A DNA stretch of 64,000 nucleotides from Candidatus Falkowbacteria bacterium. GTDB lineage: Bacteria > Patescibacteriota > Patescibacteriia > JACRDY01. Each line of letters starts with the position of its first letter. Positions within the stretch are counted from its first letter, which is position 1. A program made the position numbers and the translations under genes. Location of the stretch: the NCBI GenBank assembly GCA_016218485.1, contig JACRDY010000059.1, positions 11,529 to 75,528 of the forward strand, in the 5' to 3' direction. Under the pieces are notes generated by a model. That model was not told where the DNA came from. It saw only the letters and a list, made by a program, of their open reading frames with translations, and made no database searches. Shown piece by piece: positions 39,566 to 49,007 of this stretch.

Positions 39566-39649
39566 AGAATTCATCTAAATCACCTCCGCCTCCCGCGGGG
39601 GTGTTTTTTTAGTTTAGAAATATTTTAACTTTGGTATGGTAGGGTGTGT

Positions 39650-39815
39650 AATAGCCCGTTCCCCTCCTTTCCAAGGAGGGGCCAGGGGCGGTTGCCGGAG
39701 CCTTCGGTCTCTACCCAAGCTTTGTTCGCAGGCCACGGTAGCAGCCAATACCTCGGCAACCTCACCCGTCCTCCCCTTAGAAAGGGGAGGAACGGTCTAT
39801 TCCCGGTTGCCGGAG
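39650..39815. repeat. REP-like palindrome pair upstream of the DUF559 gene
   Basis: CCCCTCCTTTCCAAGGAGGGG and CCTCCCCTTAGAAAGGGGAGG; shares GGTTGCCGGAGCCTTCGGTC with 12846-12865. Confidence 0.8.
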
Positions 39816-39831
39816 TTTAAATCCAATATAT

Positions 39832-40233
39832 ATGACAAAAATTTACAACCGTCGTCAATTTAAACACTTGCGGCAAAAATTAAAGAGGGAATCAACCCCT
39901 TCGGAAGATAGGCTTTGAGGCGAAATTAACAACCGCCAATTAGGATTTAAGTTTCGCCGTCAGCACGGCATCGGTAAGTACATCGTTGATTTTTACTGTG
40001 CCGAACTACAATTGGTTATTGAGGTGGATGGCGACTCGCATACCGACCCCGATATTTACGCCGCTGACCGCATTCGTGATGCTGCATTAAGTGTTCAGGG
40101 TATAACGATTAAGCGGTATTACAGCAATGAAATTTTTAATAATTTAGAAGGTGTTATCTTGGATATTGAGGAAGTGTGTCGTGGGATAAAAAACAGCCGC
40201 CCGGGGGAGACCCGAGCGGAGCGGTGGCCATGA
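39832..40233 (+). pseudogene. DUF559 / Vsr-like endonuclease with an in-frame TGA
   Basis: TPSEDRL*...GFKFRRQHGIGKYIVDFYC...IEVDGDSH; TGA at 39916-39918 where the family usually has Trp. Confidence 0.85.
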
Positions 40234-40256
40234 TGGTATAGCCGATGGTTTGGTAC

Positions 40257-40547
40257 CTACTCGCCGTAGGTACGGGTATACATCGCGAGCTGTTTGGCGA
40301 TGATCACGATCGGCTGACCCGGTTCGATGACGTAGGGTGGTCCACCCAAGCAGGATTTTCGTCCATTGATCATGAGTATTCCTTCTTGGGTTGAGATTGT
40401 TGTTCGCTGTACTGCCGGGCCGAGATCGTATTCGCCCGCCATGATCACATTCCAGGATTTGACGGGGTTGCCGTCAGCATCCAGTGCCCTCACATTTTTG
40501 ATTCGGCCATCGTGGCCGTGTCCAATGCTGGTTACCTTGCTGAGCAC
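40257..40547 (-). CDS. Hypothetical protein
   Basis: 96-aa GTG ORF with an AAGGAGG RBS and an upstream TTGACT/TATACT promoter-like motif. Confidence 0.6.
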   Translation of the reverse strand: MLSKVTSIGHGHDGRIKNVRALDADGNPVKSWNVIMAGEYDLGPAVQRTTISTQEGILMINGRKSCLGGPPYVIEPGQPIVIIAKQLAMYTRTYGE

Positions 40548-40710
40548 CCTCCACCTCCTTGGATCTCGTCGTGTGAGTTTAAAGTATACGGTCAGTCACA
40601 AAAAGTCAAGTGAATCGTTCTATAGAGTAGTGGCGGATTTGGCCCCTTTGGTTTATAATTATACTGTTACTCTTTGGCAGCTCAATTAACTTATTCATAA
40701 AAAATGCAGT

Positions 40711-41748
40711 ATGAATAATTCTCCATTGTTTCCGCGTTTGTGGGAAAAATTTAAACAGCTGTTCGTGATTGTGGCTGTGGTGCTGGTGGTCGGCTCAATC
40801 GTGGTGTATTTTGGCGCCACTAGTCTGACGCGACTACGGTATGGCGGGATCAGCGCTAATGACGCGCCAAGTTACGGCGGCGCGTTCGGAGATTATGGCG
40901 TGGCGACCGGCCTGAGCGCGAGTGATTCTCGTGGCGTGTTTCAGACCAAAGTCGCGTATGAGGCGGATGACTCGGGCAACGGACTGGTGGCAGCGGCGCA
41001 GGCTCAGGAGGGTGAGCTGACTCAGAAGAAAATTATCCGCAATGGCGCGCTCGGTCTGTTCGTGGACAGTCCGGAGGAGTCAGCGCAGGCGATTGAGCGG
41101 GTGGCTCTGAGCGTGGACGGTTTTGTCCAGGATTCGAATATTAGCGAGCAGACGAATGGCAGCAAGTACGGGGAAGTGGTCATCCGGGTGCCGGCTGTTG
41201 AGTTTGATTCCGTTATGGAGCAAATCAAGGGCCTGGCTCGTGAAGTGGAATTTGAGCGCGAGAACGCGCAGGATGTGACGGAGCAGTTTGTCGACCTGGA
41301 CGCGCAGCTGCGCAATTATCGGGCGGAAGAGGGGCGCTATCTTAAATTCATGAATCAGGCGAAGAATATTGATGAGACGCTCAAAGTCGCCGAGCGGCTG
41401 AGCGTGGTCCGCGGGCAGATTGAGCGGATCGAGGGTCAGCTCAAGTTTCTGTCCCGGCAGGTTGATATGTCAGTCATCAGTGTCAGCCTGACATCGTATG
41501 ACGACGTTAAGGTCTTTGGCGTGCGCTGGCGGCCGTTGTATGAGCTCAAAAAAGCGGCGCGCGGTCTGTTTGAGGCGGGTCGGACGTATATCAACTTTGT
41601 TATCAAGTTGGTTGTCTATCTGCCGATCATTGTGCTCTGGGCGCTGACTATCCTTCTGGTTACCTGGGTCGTTTGGAAATTGTTGAAGTGGCTGCACCGG
41701 CGATTTTTGCAAGGGAAAAAATTGGATGATAGTTGGCCGCGGCAGTAA
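40711..41748 (+). CDS. DUF4349-like membrane protein
   Basis: KIIRNG, IRVPA, DVTEQFVD, IERIEGQLKFL; N- and C-terminal TM helices. Confidence 0.85.
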   Translation: MNNSPLFPRLWEKFKQLFVIVAVVLVVGSIVVYFGATSLTRLRYGGISANDAPSYGGAFGDYGVATGLSASDSRGVFQTKVAYEADDSGNGLVAAAQAQEGELTQKKIIRNGALGLFVDSPEESAQAIERVALSVDGFVQDSNISEQTNGSKYGEVVIRVPAVEFDSVMEQIKGLAREVEFERENAQDVTEQFVDLDAQLRNYRAEEGRYLKFMNQAKNIDETLKVAERLSVVRGQIERIEGQLKFLSRQVDMSVISVSLTSYDDVKVFGVRWRPLYELKKAARGLFEAGRTYINFVIKLVVYLPIIVLWALTILLVTWVVWKLLKWLHRRFLQGKKLDDSWPRQ

Positions 41749-41794
41749 AAAAGAGTATAGTAAAGGGGTGCTATTTAGTGCCCCTTTTGGTAGT

Positions 41795-43411
41795 ATGTCA
41801 TTTTTTATTAAAAAAATTGGTCTTCATCAGCGGTATACTATTATTTTTGTTTTGTTAGGGATCGCTTCTTTTTTGGTTTTTAGTGTCCTGTCTGCCCGAC
41901 TGGCTTTCGTATCGGATGAATATGAGTTTATTTACGCTGCAGCGCAGGTACGCGATTGGGGTACACTTGTTCAGGTGCTAACCTCGAAAATTGGTGGCGA
42001 TTTTTATCGTCCAGTTTTGTATTTTTCTTTTATTATTGATTTTTGGGTTTATGGTTTGCAACCATTTGGTTATTATCTAACCAATAGTTTGTTAGCGGCG
42101 GTTAATGTGGTTTTAGTAGCGTTGATAGTTTTTACCGCTTTAGTTAATTACTTTTATAGTGATCCACGGGATCATGCTCGCAGTTTATTTCTTGCCCTTG
42201 TCTCTGGCGTGGTCTTTATGATTTTTCCGAATCATCATGAAGCCGTCACGTGGTTGGCCGCCAGAACGGATCTCTTAGCCGCTACGTGGTACTTTTTATC
42301 AGTTCTATTGTGGTTAAAATATTTAGCGGCCGAGAGGCGGGGTGGTCGGTATTTGACTGCAGGTTGTATTTTTGCCTTTCTAGCTTTTTTTACCAAAGAG
42401 ATGAGCGTTACCTTGGTACTCGCGCTGCCCATTATTTTTTTAGGGCATTTATTGTATATGCATCAGCGCCAGCAAAATTATAATTTTAAAAAATTGGTTG
42501 GTTTCTTGCCGCTTTTGGCGATATTTATTTTTTATTTGGTCTTCCGGCGGTATATCGTGGGGTATTGGTTCGGCGGGTATATGCTGAGTGGCAGTTCCGA
42601 GTTTCTTAAAATAGACATTCCGGCGGTTATCCGTTTGGTGTTGTCACCGGTGTCGATAGTTTTTTATTCACTGAATCATAGTTATTTTTTTCAGATAGTA
42701 TTGCCGCGTTGGGGCGGACCGTTTCGGGGGTTACCGTTTACCGATTATTTACAATATTTTAAATTTTTGTTTTATGGCGGTGGGGCAGTGTTCATATCGT
42801 TAACGGCGTTTTTTGCCTATTATCAGCAGCGAGTGCGTACCTGGTTACTGGGTGTCATGGTCGGCATACTCTGGGTTTATGTGACGATTCTGCCGATAGT
42901 TGGTTTACTAAAAACCGTTGGGTTGAATTTGGAATCAACGAGGTTTTTTTATTTACCCTCACTAGGAATTTGTTTTCTGTTGACGTTTAGTGTACTGTTT
43001 TGGCCAAAAATTATCCGTGGTATTATGGTGGTTGTCATGGTGTCTTTATTGTCAATTGTCTATTGGATAAATTATCAGCCGTGGTTGACTGCTTCCGTTT
43101 CCGCCAATTCAATTCAGCAAACCGTTACGCAATACGGTAGTGAGATCGTTTTCGACGATTGGGTGTATCTCGTGAATGTTCCCGATAATATCCATGGTGC
43201 CTATGTTTTTCGTCGGGGGTTGACTCAGATGTTCCAGCTCTTTCAGCCTCAGATTGATCGGCAGAAAATAATTATAACCGGCCGAGGCGTGGCAGGCATG
43301 GCCGCGCCAGACTGTTTATCATTGCTCAGCGATCAGTATTGGTTGATGAATACCGATCCTGAGAGCGGTATTGTTGATGGTTTGAGCAGAGCGGGAGCGG
43401 GGGGGGGGTAG
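41795..43411 (+). CDS. Polytopic membrane protein, GT-C/PMT-like glycosyltransferase (N-terminal part)
   Basis: FVSDEY, FYRP, HHEAVTWLAAR, FTKE, RFFYLP; ends at a G10 tract. Confidence 0.75.
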   Translation: MSFFIKKIGLHQRYTIIFVLLGIASFLVFSVLSARLAFVSDEYEFIYAAAQVRDWGTLVQVLTSKIGGDFYRPVLYFSFIIDFWVYGLQPFGYYLTNSLLAAVNVVLVALIVFTALVNYFYSDPRDHARSLFLALVSGVVFMIFPNHHEAVTWLAARTDLLAATWYFLSVLLWLKYLAAERRGGRYLTAGCIFAFLAFFTKEMSVTLVLALPIIFLGHLLYMHQRQQNYNFKKLVGFLPLLAIFIFYLVFRRYIVGYWFGGYMLSGSSEFLKIDIPAVIRLVLSPVSIVFYSLNHSYFFQIVLPRWGGPFRGLPFTDYLQYFKFLFYGGGAVFISLTAFFAYYQQRVRTWLLGVMVGILWVYVTILPIVGLLKTVGLNLESTRFFYLPSLGICFLLTFSVLFWPKIIRGIMVVVMVSLLSIVYWINYQPWLTASVSANSIQQTVTQYGSEIVFDDWVYLVNVPDNIHGAYVFRRGLTQMFQLFQPQIDRQKIIITGRGVAGMAAPDCLSLLSDQYWLMNTDPESGIVDGLSRAGAGGG

Positions 43412-43418
43412 CCATGAT

Positions 43419-43817
43419 TTGGTCGATTGGGATTTGGCGGCGGGTGAAGTGATCGGCAACGATATTGCAGTGGTATCCACGGGGGTCTATCGGGTAACCG
43501 GGCCGCATCCTGAGATTGTTTTTAGAAATCTTGATTTAGATCCTGCTGGAATAAAAAATTTACAGTTGACGGTAATCCCTAAAAATAATTATCTTTGGCA
43601 GCCCTACCATGTCTACTGGACGACTAATAGGTATCCGGGTTATCATGAGTACCATCGTAATATTTGGGTCTTCCGTGACGTGTTGTCTCTGGATGCACAG
43701 AGTGAAAATTTCCAGATTCCAGTTTGTCGGTATCCCGCGTTTGTTTTTTCCGATAGTGTACAAGATATAAAATTGACATTACCATTTGTTATTGGTGAAG
43801 ATTTCAGTTTGCAATAA
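43419..43817 (+). CDS. Probable C-terminal part of the upstream membrane protein (frameshifted at poly-G)
   Basis: In frame with 41795 if the G10 tract is G9. Confidence 0.6.
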   Translation: MVDWDLAAGEVIGNDIAVVSTGVYRVTGPHPEIVFRNLDLDPAGIKNLQLTVIPKNNYLWQPYHVYWTTNRYPGYHEYHRNIWVFRDVLSLDAQSENFQIPVCRYPAFVFSDSVQDIKLTLPFVIGEDFSLQ

Positions 43818-43823
43818 GTAGGT

Positions 43824-45383
43824 ATGCTATTTTCTATTAACCAAGTTATCATCCCCAGTCAGCCCGGCTGCTACCTGATGAAAAATTCAGCCGGAGAGAT
43901 TTTGTATATTGGTAAAGCCAAAAATCTGCCCAAGCGGGTCAAGTCATACTGGCAAAAAAAGCATATTGATCCAAAACTGGACGAGCTTATCACCGAGGTG
44001 GCGGATATTGAATTCATGGTTACGCGCAATGAAGTGGAAGCATTACTCCTGGAGGCGCGCCTGATCAAGCAGCACCAGCCGAAGTACAACTCCATGCTCA
44101 AGGAAAACGTCCCGTATTTGTATATCAAGATTACCGATGAAGAATTTCCTCGGTTGGTCAGCGTCAGGAAAATTGAGGGACCGGGGAAATATTTCGGGCC
44201 GTTTGTCAGCGGTCGCGGGCGCAAGTATCTGCTCCTGACCACCGCGCGCCTGTTCGGCATTCGGACGAACAAGCTGACGAGCCGCAGCAGCCGCGAGCTG
44301 TATCAGCTCTTGAGCGAGATCAAAGAAAAGCAACTGGAAAAATTGTCGCCAGTGGAATACCAGCGCAACGTCAAACTGGCGGACATGTTCCTGCGCGGTA
44401 AGCGGACGCAGCTTTTGGGCGAGCTGGAAAAGAGAATGAAGCAGGCGAGCGCTGAAGAGCATTTCGAGCTGGCCAAATTATATCGCGATCAAATTCACGC
44501 CATCAAGATTATTGCCGAGGATCAGCTGGTGTCGCTGCCCAAGAGCTATGATCAGGATGTGGTTAATTTTGTCATGGCCGGCGAGACGGCGTATTTCCAG
44601 GTGTTTAATGTCAGTAAGGGGATAGTGACTTCAAGACAGCAGATAGCGGTTAGCGGTTGGCAGTTAGCCAGTCAGCCCGGATTATTACGCGATTTTTTAC
44701 AACAGTACTACTTAACCCGTGCCGCACCAAAGGAAATTGTTTTGCCGATTGAACCGGCGGAGTCAGCTTTAATAGAGCAATATCTGGAAGATTTGAAAAG
44801 TCAGAAGGTTTTTTTAACCATACCAAAAGTGGGCGACAAGAAGAAACTATTGGAACTCGTGCGGGAAAATATTTTGAGCGGTCTGGCCAATAATCCACTG
44901 GCTGAACTGCAGGCGCAATTGGGCCTCCAGCGGCTGCCCCTGACCATTGACGGTTTTGATATTTCTAATACCTCGGGCCAGCAGGCGGTTGGCTCGTGCG
45001 TGCGTTTCCATGACGGCAAACCGGACAAGAGCATGTACCGGAAGTTTAGAATTAAAACCGTTGAGGGGCCGAATGACTTTGCCATGATGAAAGAAGTCGT
45101 GGGGCGGCGGTACCGTGAGGGCAAGGATGTGCCTGATTTAATCTTGATTGATGGGGGCAAGGGTCAGCTCGGGGTGGCAACGCGCGCGCTGCAAGCTTTA
45201 CGAATTATGGTGCCGGTTATTTCTTTAGCCAAAAAACAGGAGGAAATTTTCATCCCCGGCCGGGAGCAGTCCATTCAGCTGGATAAGAATTCACCGGCCC
45301 GTAAACTGCTGCAGCAGGTTCGGGATGAGGCGCATCGGTTCGCGATCAGTTACCACAAGCTGCTAAGAAAAAGACGGGGCTAA
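43824..45383 (+). CDS. uvrC: Excinuclease ABC subunit C
   Basis: PGCYLM, LYIGKAKNL, FDISN, LIDGGKGQL, RDEAHRFA. Confidence 0.96.
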   Translation: MLFSINQVIIPSQPGCYLMKNSAGEILYIGKAKNLPKRVKSYWQKKHIDPKLDELITEVADIEFMVTRNEVEALLLEARLIKQHQPKYNSMLKENVPYLYIKITDEEFPRLVSVRKIEGPGKYFGPFVSGRGRKYLLLTTARLFGIRTNKLTSRSSRELYQLLSEIKEKQLEKLSPVEYQRNVKLADMFLRGKRTQLLGELEKRMKQASAEEHFELAKLYRDQIHAIKIIAEDQLVSLPKSYDQDVVNFVMAGETAYFQVFNVSKGIVTSRQQIAVSGWQLASQPGLLRDFLQQYYLTRAAPKEIVLPIEPAESALIEQYLEDLKSQKVFLTIPKVGDKKKLLELVRENILSGLANNPLAELQAQLGLQRLPLTIDGFDISNTSGQQAVGSCVRFHDGKPDKSMYRKFRIKTVEGPNDFAMMKEVVGRRYREGKDVPDLILIDGGKGQLGVATRALQALRIMVPVISLAKKQEEIFIPGREQSIQLDKNSPARKLLQQVRDEAHRFAISYHKLLRKRRG

Positions 45384-45396
45384 TGTATCGTATACT

Positions 45397-45519
45397 AAAA
45401 TTCAAAGTTCAAAATCCAAATGACAAATCAAGTTCAAAGCCTAAATGTCAAATCAACGCACCTTTTTGAACTTTGTCATTTGGCATTGATTTGAACTTTG
45501 GATTTTGAACTTTGAACTT
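45397..45519. repeat. Inverted heptamer-array element (AAGTTCA family)
   Basis: Homologous to 6403-6560 and 14323-14448. Confidence 0.9.
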
Positions 45520-45596
45520 ATCGGGGTTATATGGATTGCTTGTTATCACATTGATTATTTGTTAAAATAAAGAAAACTAACCCATAAGCCTTACGT

Positions 45597-46430
45597 ATGA
45601 TAGACGCTCCTCAGACGGGAACCGACATTCCGGTGTCCAGTCAGCGACCAATTTCATCTTATGCAACGAGCCGTTTTCCGTGGCTGACGATGATTATTTC
45701 TATTCTGGCCACCGTCATTGTGGTTGGCGGCGGCGGGTACTACTGGTGGCAGCAGAGTGTTGGCACGACGCAAGTGACATTGCAGCAACAGGCCGATGCG
45801 GCAGCAGCCAGCGTCACCGCCTGCGCCAATGATTTGACCGGTTGCCGTGATCAGCTGACCAAGAGCCAGGATGAGCAGCAGCAGATCAATGCCGAGCTGG
45901 CGATGATTGCTCAACTGCCCTACCAGGGCTGGAAAACGTACACCGATACCCAGTTCGGCTGGCAGTGGCTGTACCCGCCGGATTGGCAGGTCAGCGAGCA
46001 GGTGATAAACGCGGCCAAGAACGTCAGCGGCAAGAACGGTTTTTGCCTAAAGTTTGATTCGTCAGACAGTACGACGTTATCCGTTTGTTACCGTTTGCAG
46101 TCAGACACGACCGCCACCACTTGGTTCCGTACCGGCATCGGCTACACCGAACTGGCCAAAGTGCCGGTCAGCTTTTCTATCCTCGGTCAGCAGATGAACG
46201 AGAAGACGCTGTTCGGTCAAGATGGCGAGGTGAAAGATATTATTTACTTTCAAAACATGAAAGATGACGAGACCGGCTATCCGGCACGAGCTAAGGTGGG
46301 GGATTACTACATTACCGCTATGGCCTCCGACGCCGGTTTCCGTGGCACCGGCTTGAGCGTTATTGACCAGAAACTTTTGGATTTGATTCTCGCTTCCGCC
46401 AAATTGCCGACTGCTGTTGAGCAGCCGTAG
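45597..46430 (+). CDS. Membrane-anchored hypothetical protein (PsbP-like YPxxW motif)
   Basis: TM helix, coiled coil, WKTYTDTQFGWQWLYPPDW. Confidence 0.75.
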   Translation: MIDAPQTGTDIPVSSQRPISSYATSRFPWLTMIISILATVIVVGGGGYYWWQQSVGTTQVTLQQQADAAAASVTACANDLTGCRDQLTKSQDEQQQINAELAMIAQLPYQGWKTYTDTQFGWQWLYPPDWQVSEQVINAAKNVSGKNGFCLKFDSSDSTTLSVCYRLQSDTTATTWFRTGIGYTELAKVPVSFSILGQQMNEKTLFGQDGEVKDIIYFQNMKDDETGYPARAKVGDYYITAMASDAGFRGTGLSVIDQKLLDLILASAKLPTAVEQP

Positions 46431-46437
46431 AACTAAT

Positions 46438-47004
46438 ATGGCCGGTATACTACGACTAGCAGTCTCTGGATCAGCCGGATCATTCTCCGAAGAAGCCGCC
46501 CGCTGGTACCTCCAGCGCGAGGGGCAAGAGGGGGAGATTGTTTTTGGGATTGATCCGGATGGCGTGTTCGCCGCGCTCGCCGAGGGGCGGGCGGACCTGG
46601 GGATTATCCCGGTGGTGAATTCGCGGGGCGGATTGGTCATAGACGCCTATGTGGCCATGGGCAAGAATTTGTTTACCGTGGTTGACCACGTGGTGATTGA
46701 AGTCCAACAGTGTTTGCTGGCGTTACCGGGAACAACCAAAGCAGCGATTACCCAGTTCGCCTCACACCCGCAGGCCTTTGCCCAGTGTGAGCGGTATCTG
46801 CTGAATAATTTTCCTAATATCAAACATACCCCGTGGTCAGACACGGCTGAAGCGGCGGAGGATTTAAAATCAGGCAAACTGCCGTTGACTACCGGTGTGA
46901 TCGCGTCAGCCTTGGCCGGCAAGAATAATGGATTGGAAATTCTGGAAAAGGGGATTCAGGACGCCCGGCCGAATCTGACGACGTTTTTGGTGGTGCAGCA
47001 GTAG
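46438..47004 (+). CDS. Stand-alone prephenate dehydratase-like domain
   Basis: GSFSEEAA, IPVVNSRGG, SHPQAFAQC, IQDARPNLTTF; no ACT domain. Confidence 0.85.
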   Translation: MAGILRLAVSGSAGSFSEEAARWYLQREGQEGEIVFGIDPDGVFAALAEGRADLGIIPVVNSRGGLVIDAYVAMGKNLFTVVDHVVIEVQQCLLALPGTTKAAITQFASHPQAFAQCERYLLNNFPNIKHTPWSDTAEAAEDLKSGKLPLTTGVIASALAGKNNGLEILEKGIQDARPNLTTFLVVQQ

Positions 47005-47294
47005 TAATTTTCTGTGTTATTCTGTGCTTTAGTCTGTGTTCTTCTGTGTGCGTTTTAAATTTATAGCACACAGACCACACAGACCCCGACTGGCGTTGGG
47101 GCACGGAAAAACACGGAGTTGTAAGGTTAGGCTATCGCCATGGCTCTACAGCCATGGCTCTACCCTTGCATTATTTTTAATTTTTTGCTAAACTAAGCCC
47201 AGCTTAATTAAATCATCACTCATCTGCGCCATTTTCCTTCCCTTGTTTTTACAACAATCGGGCAGGCACAGAGAGGGATAATAAAGGAAAAAAT

Positions 47295-47990
47295 ATGCCA
47301 ACATTACCAACGTTGGAGGAAATGCTTAAGGCTGGCCTACATTTTGGTCACCAGAAGGACAAGTGGCATCCCAAAATGGAGCAGTACATTTTCGCGGAGC
47401 GCAACGGCGTCCATATTATTGATCTGGAAAAAACCCAGATCAAGCTTCAGGCAGCGCTGCAATTTATTACCAACACGGTCAAAGCTGGCGGTGTTATTTT
47501 GTTTGTCGGAACTAAAGATCAGGCCAAAGACAGTGTTACCAAGGCCGCACAGGACTGTGGTATGCCATACGTGTCTAACCGCTGGCTCGGCGGTACGCTC
47601 ACCAACTTTCCCATTATTTTAAAACTCATTAAGAAGTACAAAGATCTCAAAGCCAAACAGGAAACGGGCGGATTCAAGGGCTACACCAAAAAAGAGCAGC
47701 TGGATTTTCAAGAAGATATCGTTAAGCTGGAAGGGCGCGTCGGCGGTATCAAAGATCTTAAGAAAGCGCCGGACGCTATTTTCCTCGTGGACGCTAAACA
47801 CGAGAAGACCGCGCTGACTGAAGCCAAGAAAAAAGGCATCACGCTGGTGGTGCTCTGTGACACTAATATCAACCCGACCAAGATTGACTATGTCATTCCG
47901 GGTAATGATGACGCGACCAAGGGTATAGAGATGATCGTGGCGCTGGTGGCGGAGGCGGTTAAAGAAGGCAAAGCGCTGCAGGGGAAGTAA
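47295..47990 (+). CDS. rpsB: 30S ribosomal protein S2
   Basis: MLKAGLHFGHQ, RWLGGTLTNF, IPGNDD. Confidence 0.98.
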   Translation: MPTLPTLEEMLKAGLHFGHQKDKWHPKMEQYIFAERNGVHIIDLEKTQIKLQAALQFITNTVKAGGVILFVGTKDQAKDSVTKAAQDCGMPYVSNRWLGGTLTNFPIILKLIKKYKDLKAKQETGGFKGYTKKEQLDFQEDIVKLEGRVGGIKDLKKAPDAIFLVDAKHEKTALTEAKKKGITLVVLCDTNINPTKIDYVIPGNDDATKGIEMIVALVAEAVKEGKALQGK

Positions 47991-48034
47991 TTTTTAATTA
48001 CGAATTACGAATTACGAATGATAAAAATAAAATT

Positions 48035-48802
48035 ATGAGTTTAGACGATATCAAAAAGTTGAGAGAAACCACTGGCGCCGGCATGGTTGATTGTCAGAAG
48101 GCGCTGGATGAAGCGGGCGGAGACCTGACTGCCGCCGTGGATATTCTGCGCAAGAAAGGCCTGGAAAAAGCCGGCAAGAAAGCGGAGCGTGCGACGAGCG
48201 AAGGGATGATTGCCATGGCCCGAGAGGGGAAAAAAGTGGCGGTGGCTTCACTGCGTTGCGAGACTGATTTCGTGGCGCGCAACAGCGACTTTGGCGCGGC
48301 CGTGGCGGAGTTTGCCAGCCAGCTTTTGACAGTTTCTGCCGATGAGTTCAAAACCTGGGCCGAGGAAAAAATCAAGAACGAATTGATCGTAAAAATTGGT
48401 GAAAATCTCCAGCTGGGCGACTTCGGTGTGCTGGAAGGTGATGTTGTCGGCGTTTACCTCCATTCGGACAAGAAGCAGGCCGCGGTGGTGGTACTGTCCG
48501 GTGGTACGGCAGCACAGGCCAATGATCTGGCGATGCAGGTGGTGGCCATGTCTCCGAGTTATATCCGGCCGGAAGATGTGCCGGCCGAGGTTATTGCTAA
48601 AGAAAAGGAAATTTACGTTGAACAAATGGCTGGAGAGAATAAACCGGCCGAAGTTTTGCAGAAGATTATTGAAGGTAAACTGCAAAAGTTTTATATGGAG
48701 ACTTGTTTACTAAAGCAGCCGTTTATTAAAGATGACAGTCAGACTGTTGAGCAGTGCTTGGGCAACGCGACGGTGAATGAGTTTCAGCGGTATAGTATTT
48801 AG
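48035..48802 (+). CDS. tsf: Elongation factor Ts
   Basis: LRETTGAGMVDCQKAL, CETDFVA. Confidence 0.98.
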   Translation: MSLDDIKKLRETTGAGMVDCQKALDEAGGDLTAAVDILRKKGLEKAGKKAERATSEGMIAMAREGKKVAVASLRCETDFVARNSDFGAAVAEFASQLLTVSADEFKTWAEEKIKNELIVKIGENLQLGDFGVLEGDVVGVYLHSDKKQAAVVVLSGGTAAQANDLAMQVVAMSPSYIRPEDVPAEVIAKEKEIYVEQMAGENKPAEVLQKIIEGKLQKFYMETCLLKQPFIKDDSQTVEQCLGNATVNEFQRYSI

Positions 48803-48855
48803 TTTTGAGATAGTATTTAGGAAAGGCCTCGTTCGCGGGGCTTTTTTGTATTCCT

Positions 48856-48933
48856 GGAGTGACACAGCCTCTGGCTGTGTTATGTTATTCAGTAGAGCTT
48901 TCAGCATAACACAGCCAGAGGCTGTGTCACTCC
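48856..48933. repeat. ACACAGCCTCTGGCTGTGT family REP doublet
   Basis: Inverted pair; relatives at 56565-56642 and 60114-60191. Confidence 0.85.
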
Positions 48934-49007
48934 TACTGTGTCACTCCTACTAGCTACGGGCATTCTTTTTATGCTATAATACGCTCATAACCCTTAACCT
49001 TTCCCCT

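Noticed and set aside
39916-39918. TGA recoding (genetic code 4 or 25)
   Set aside because: nusG ends at a TGA at its normal C-terminus, and no other gene needs readthrough. A nonsense mutation is simpler.
47215-47280. rpsB (S2) autoregulatory leader
   Set aside because: A plausible stem is present, but the match to the known motif is too weak to call by eye.
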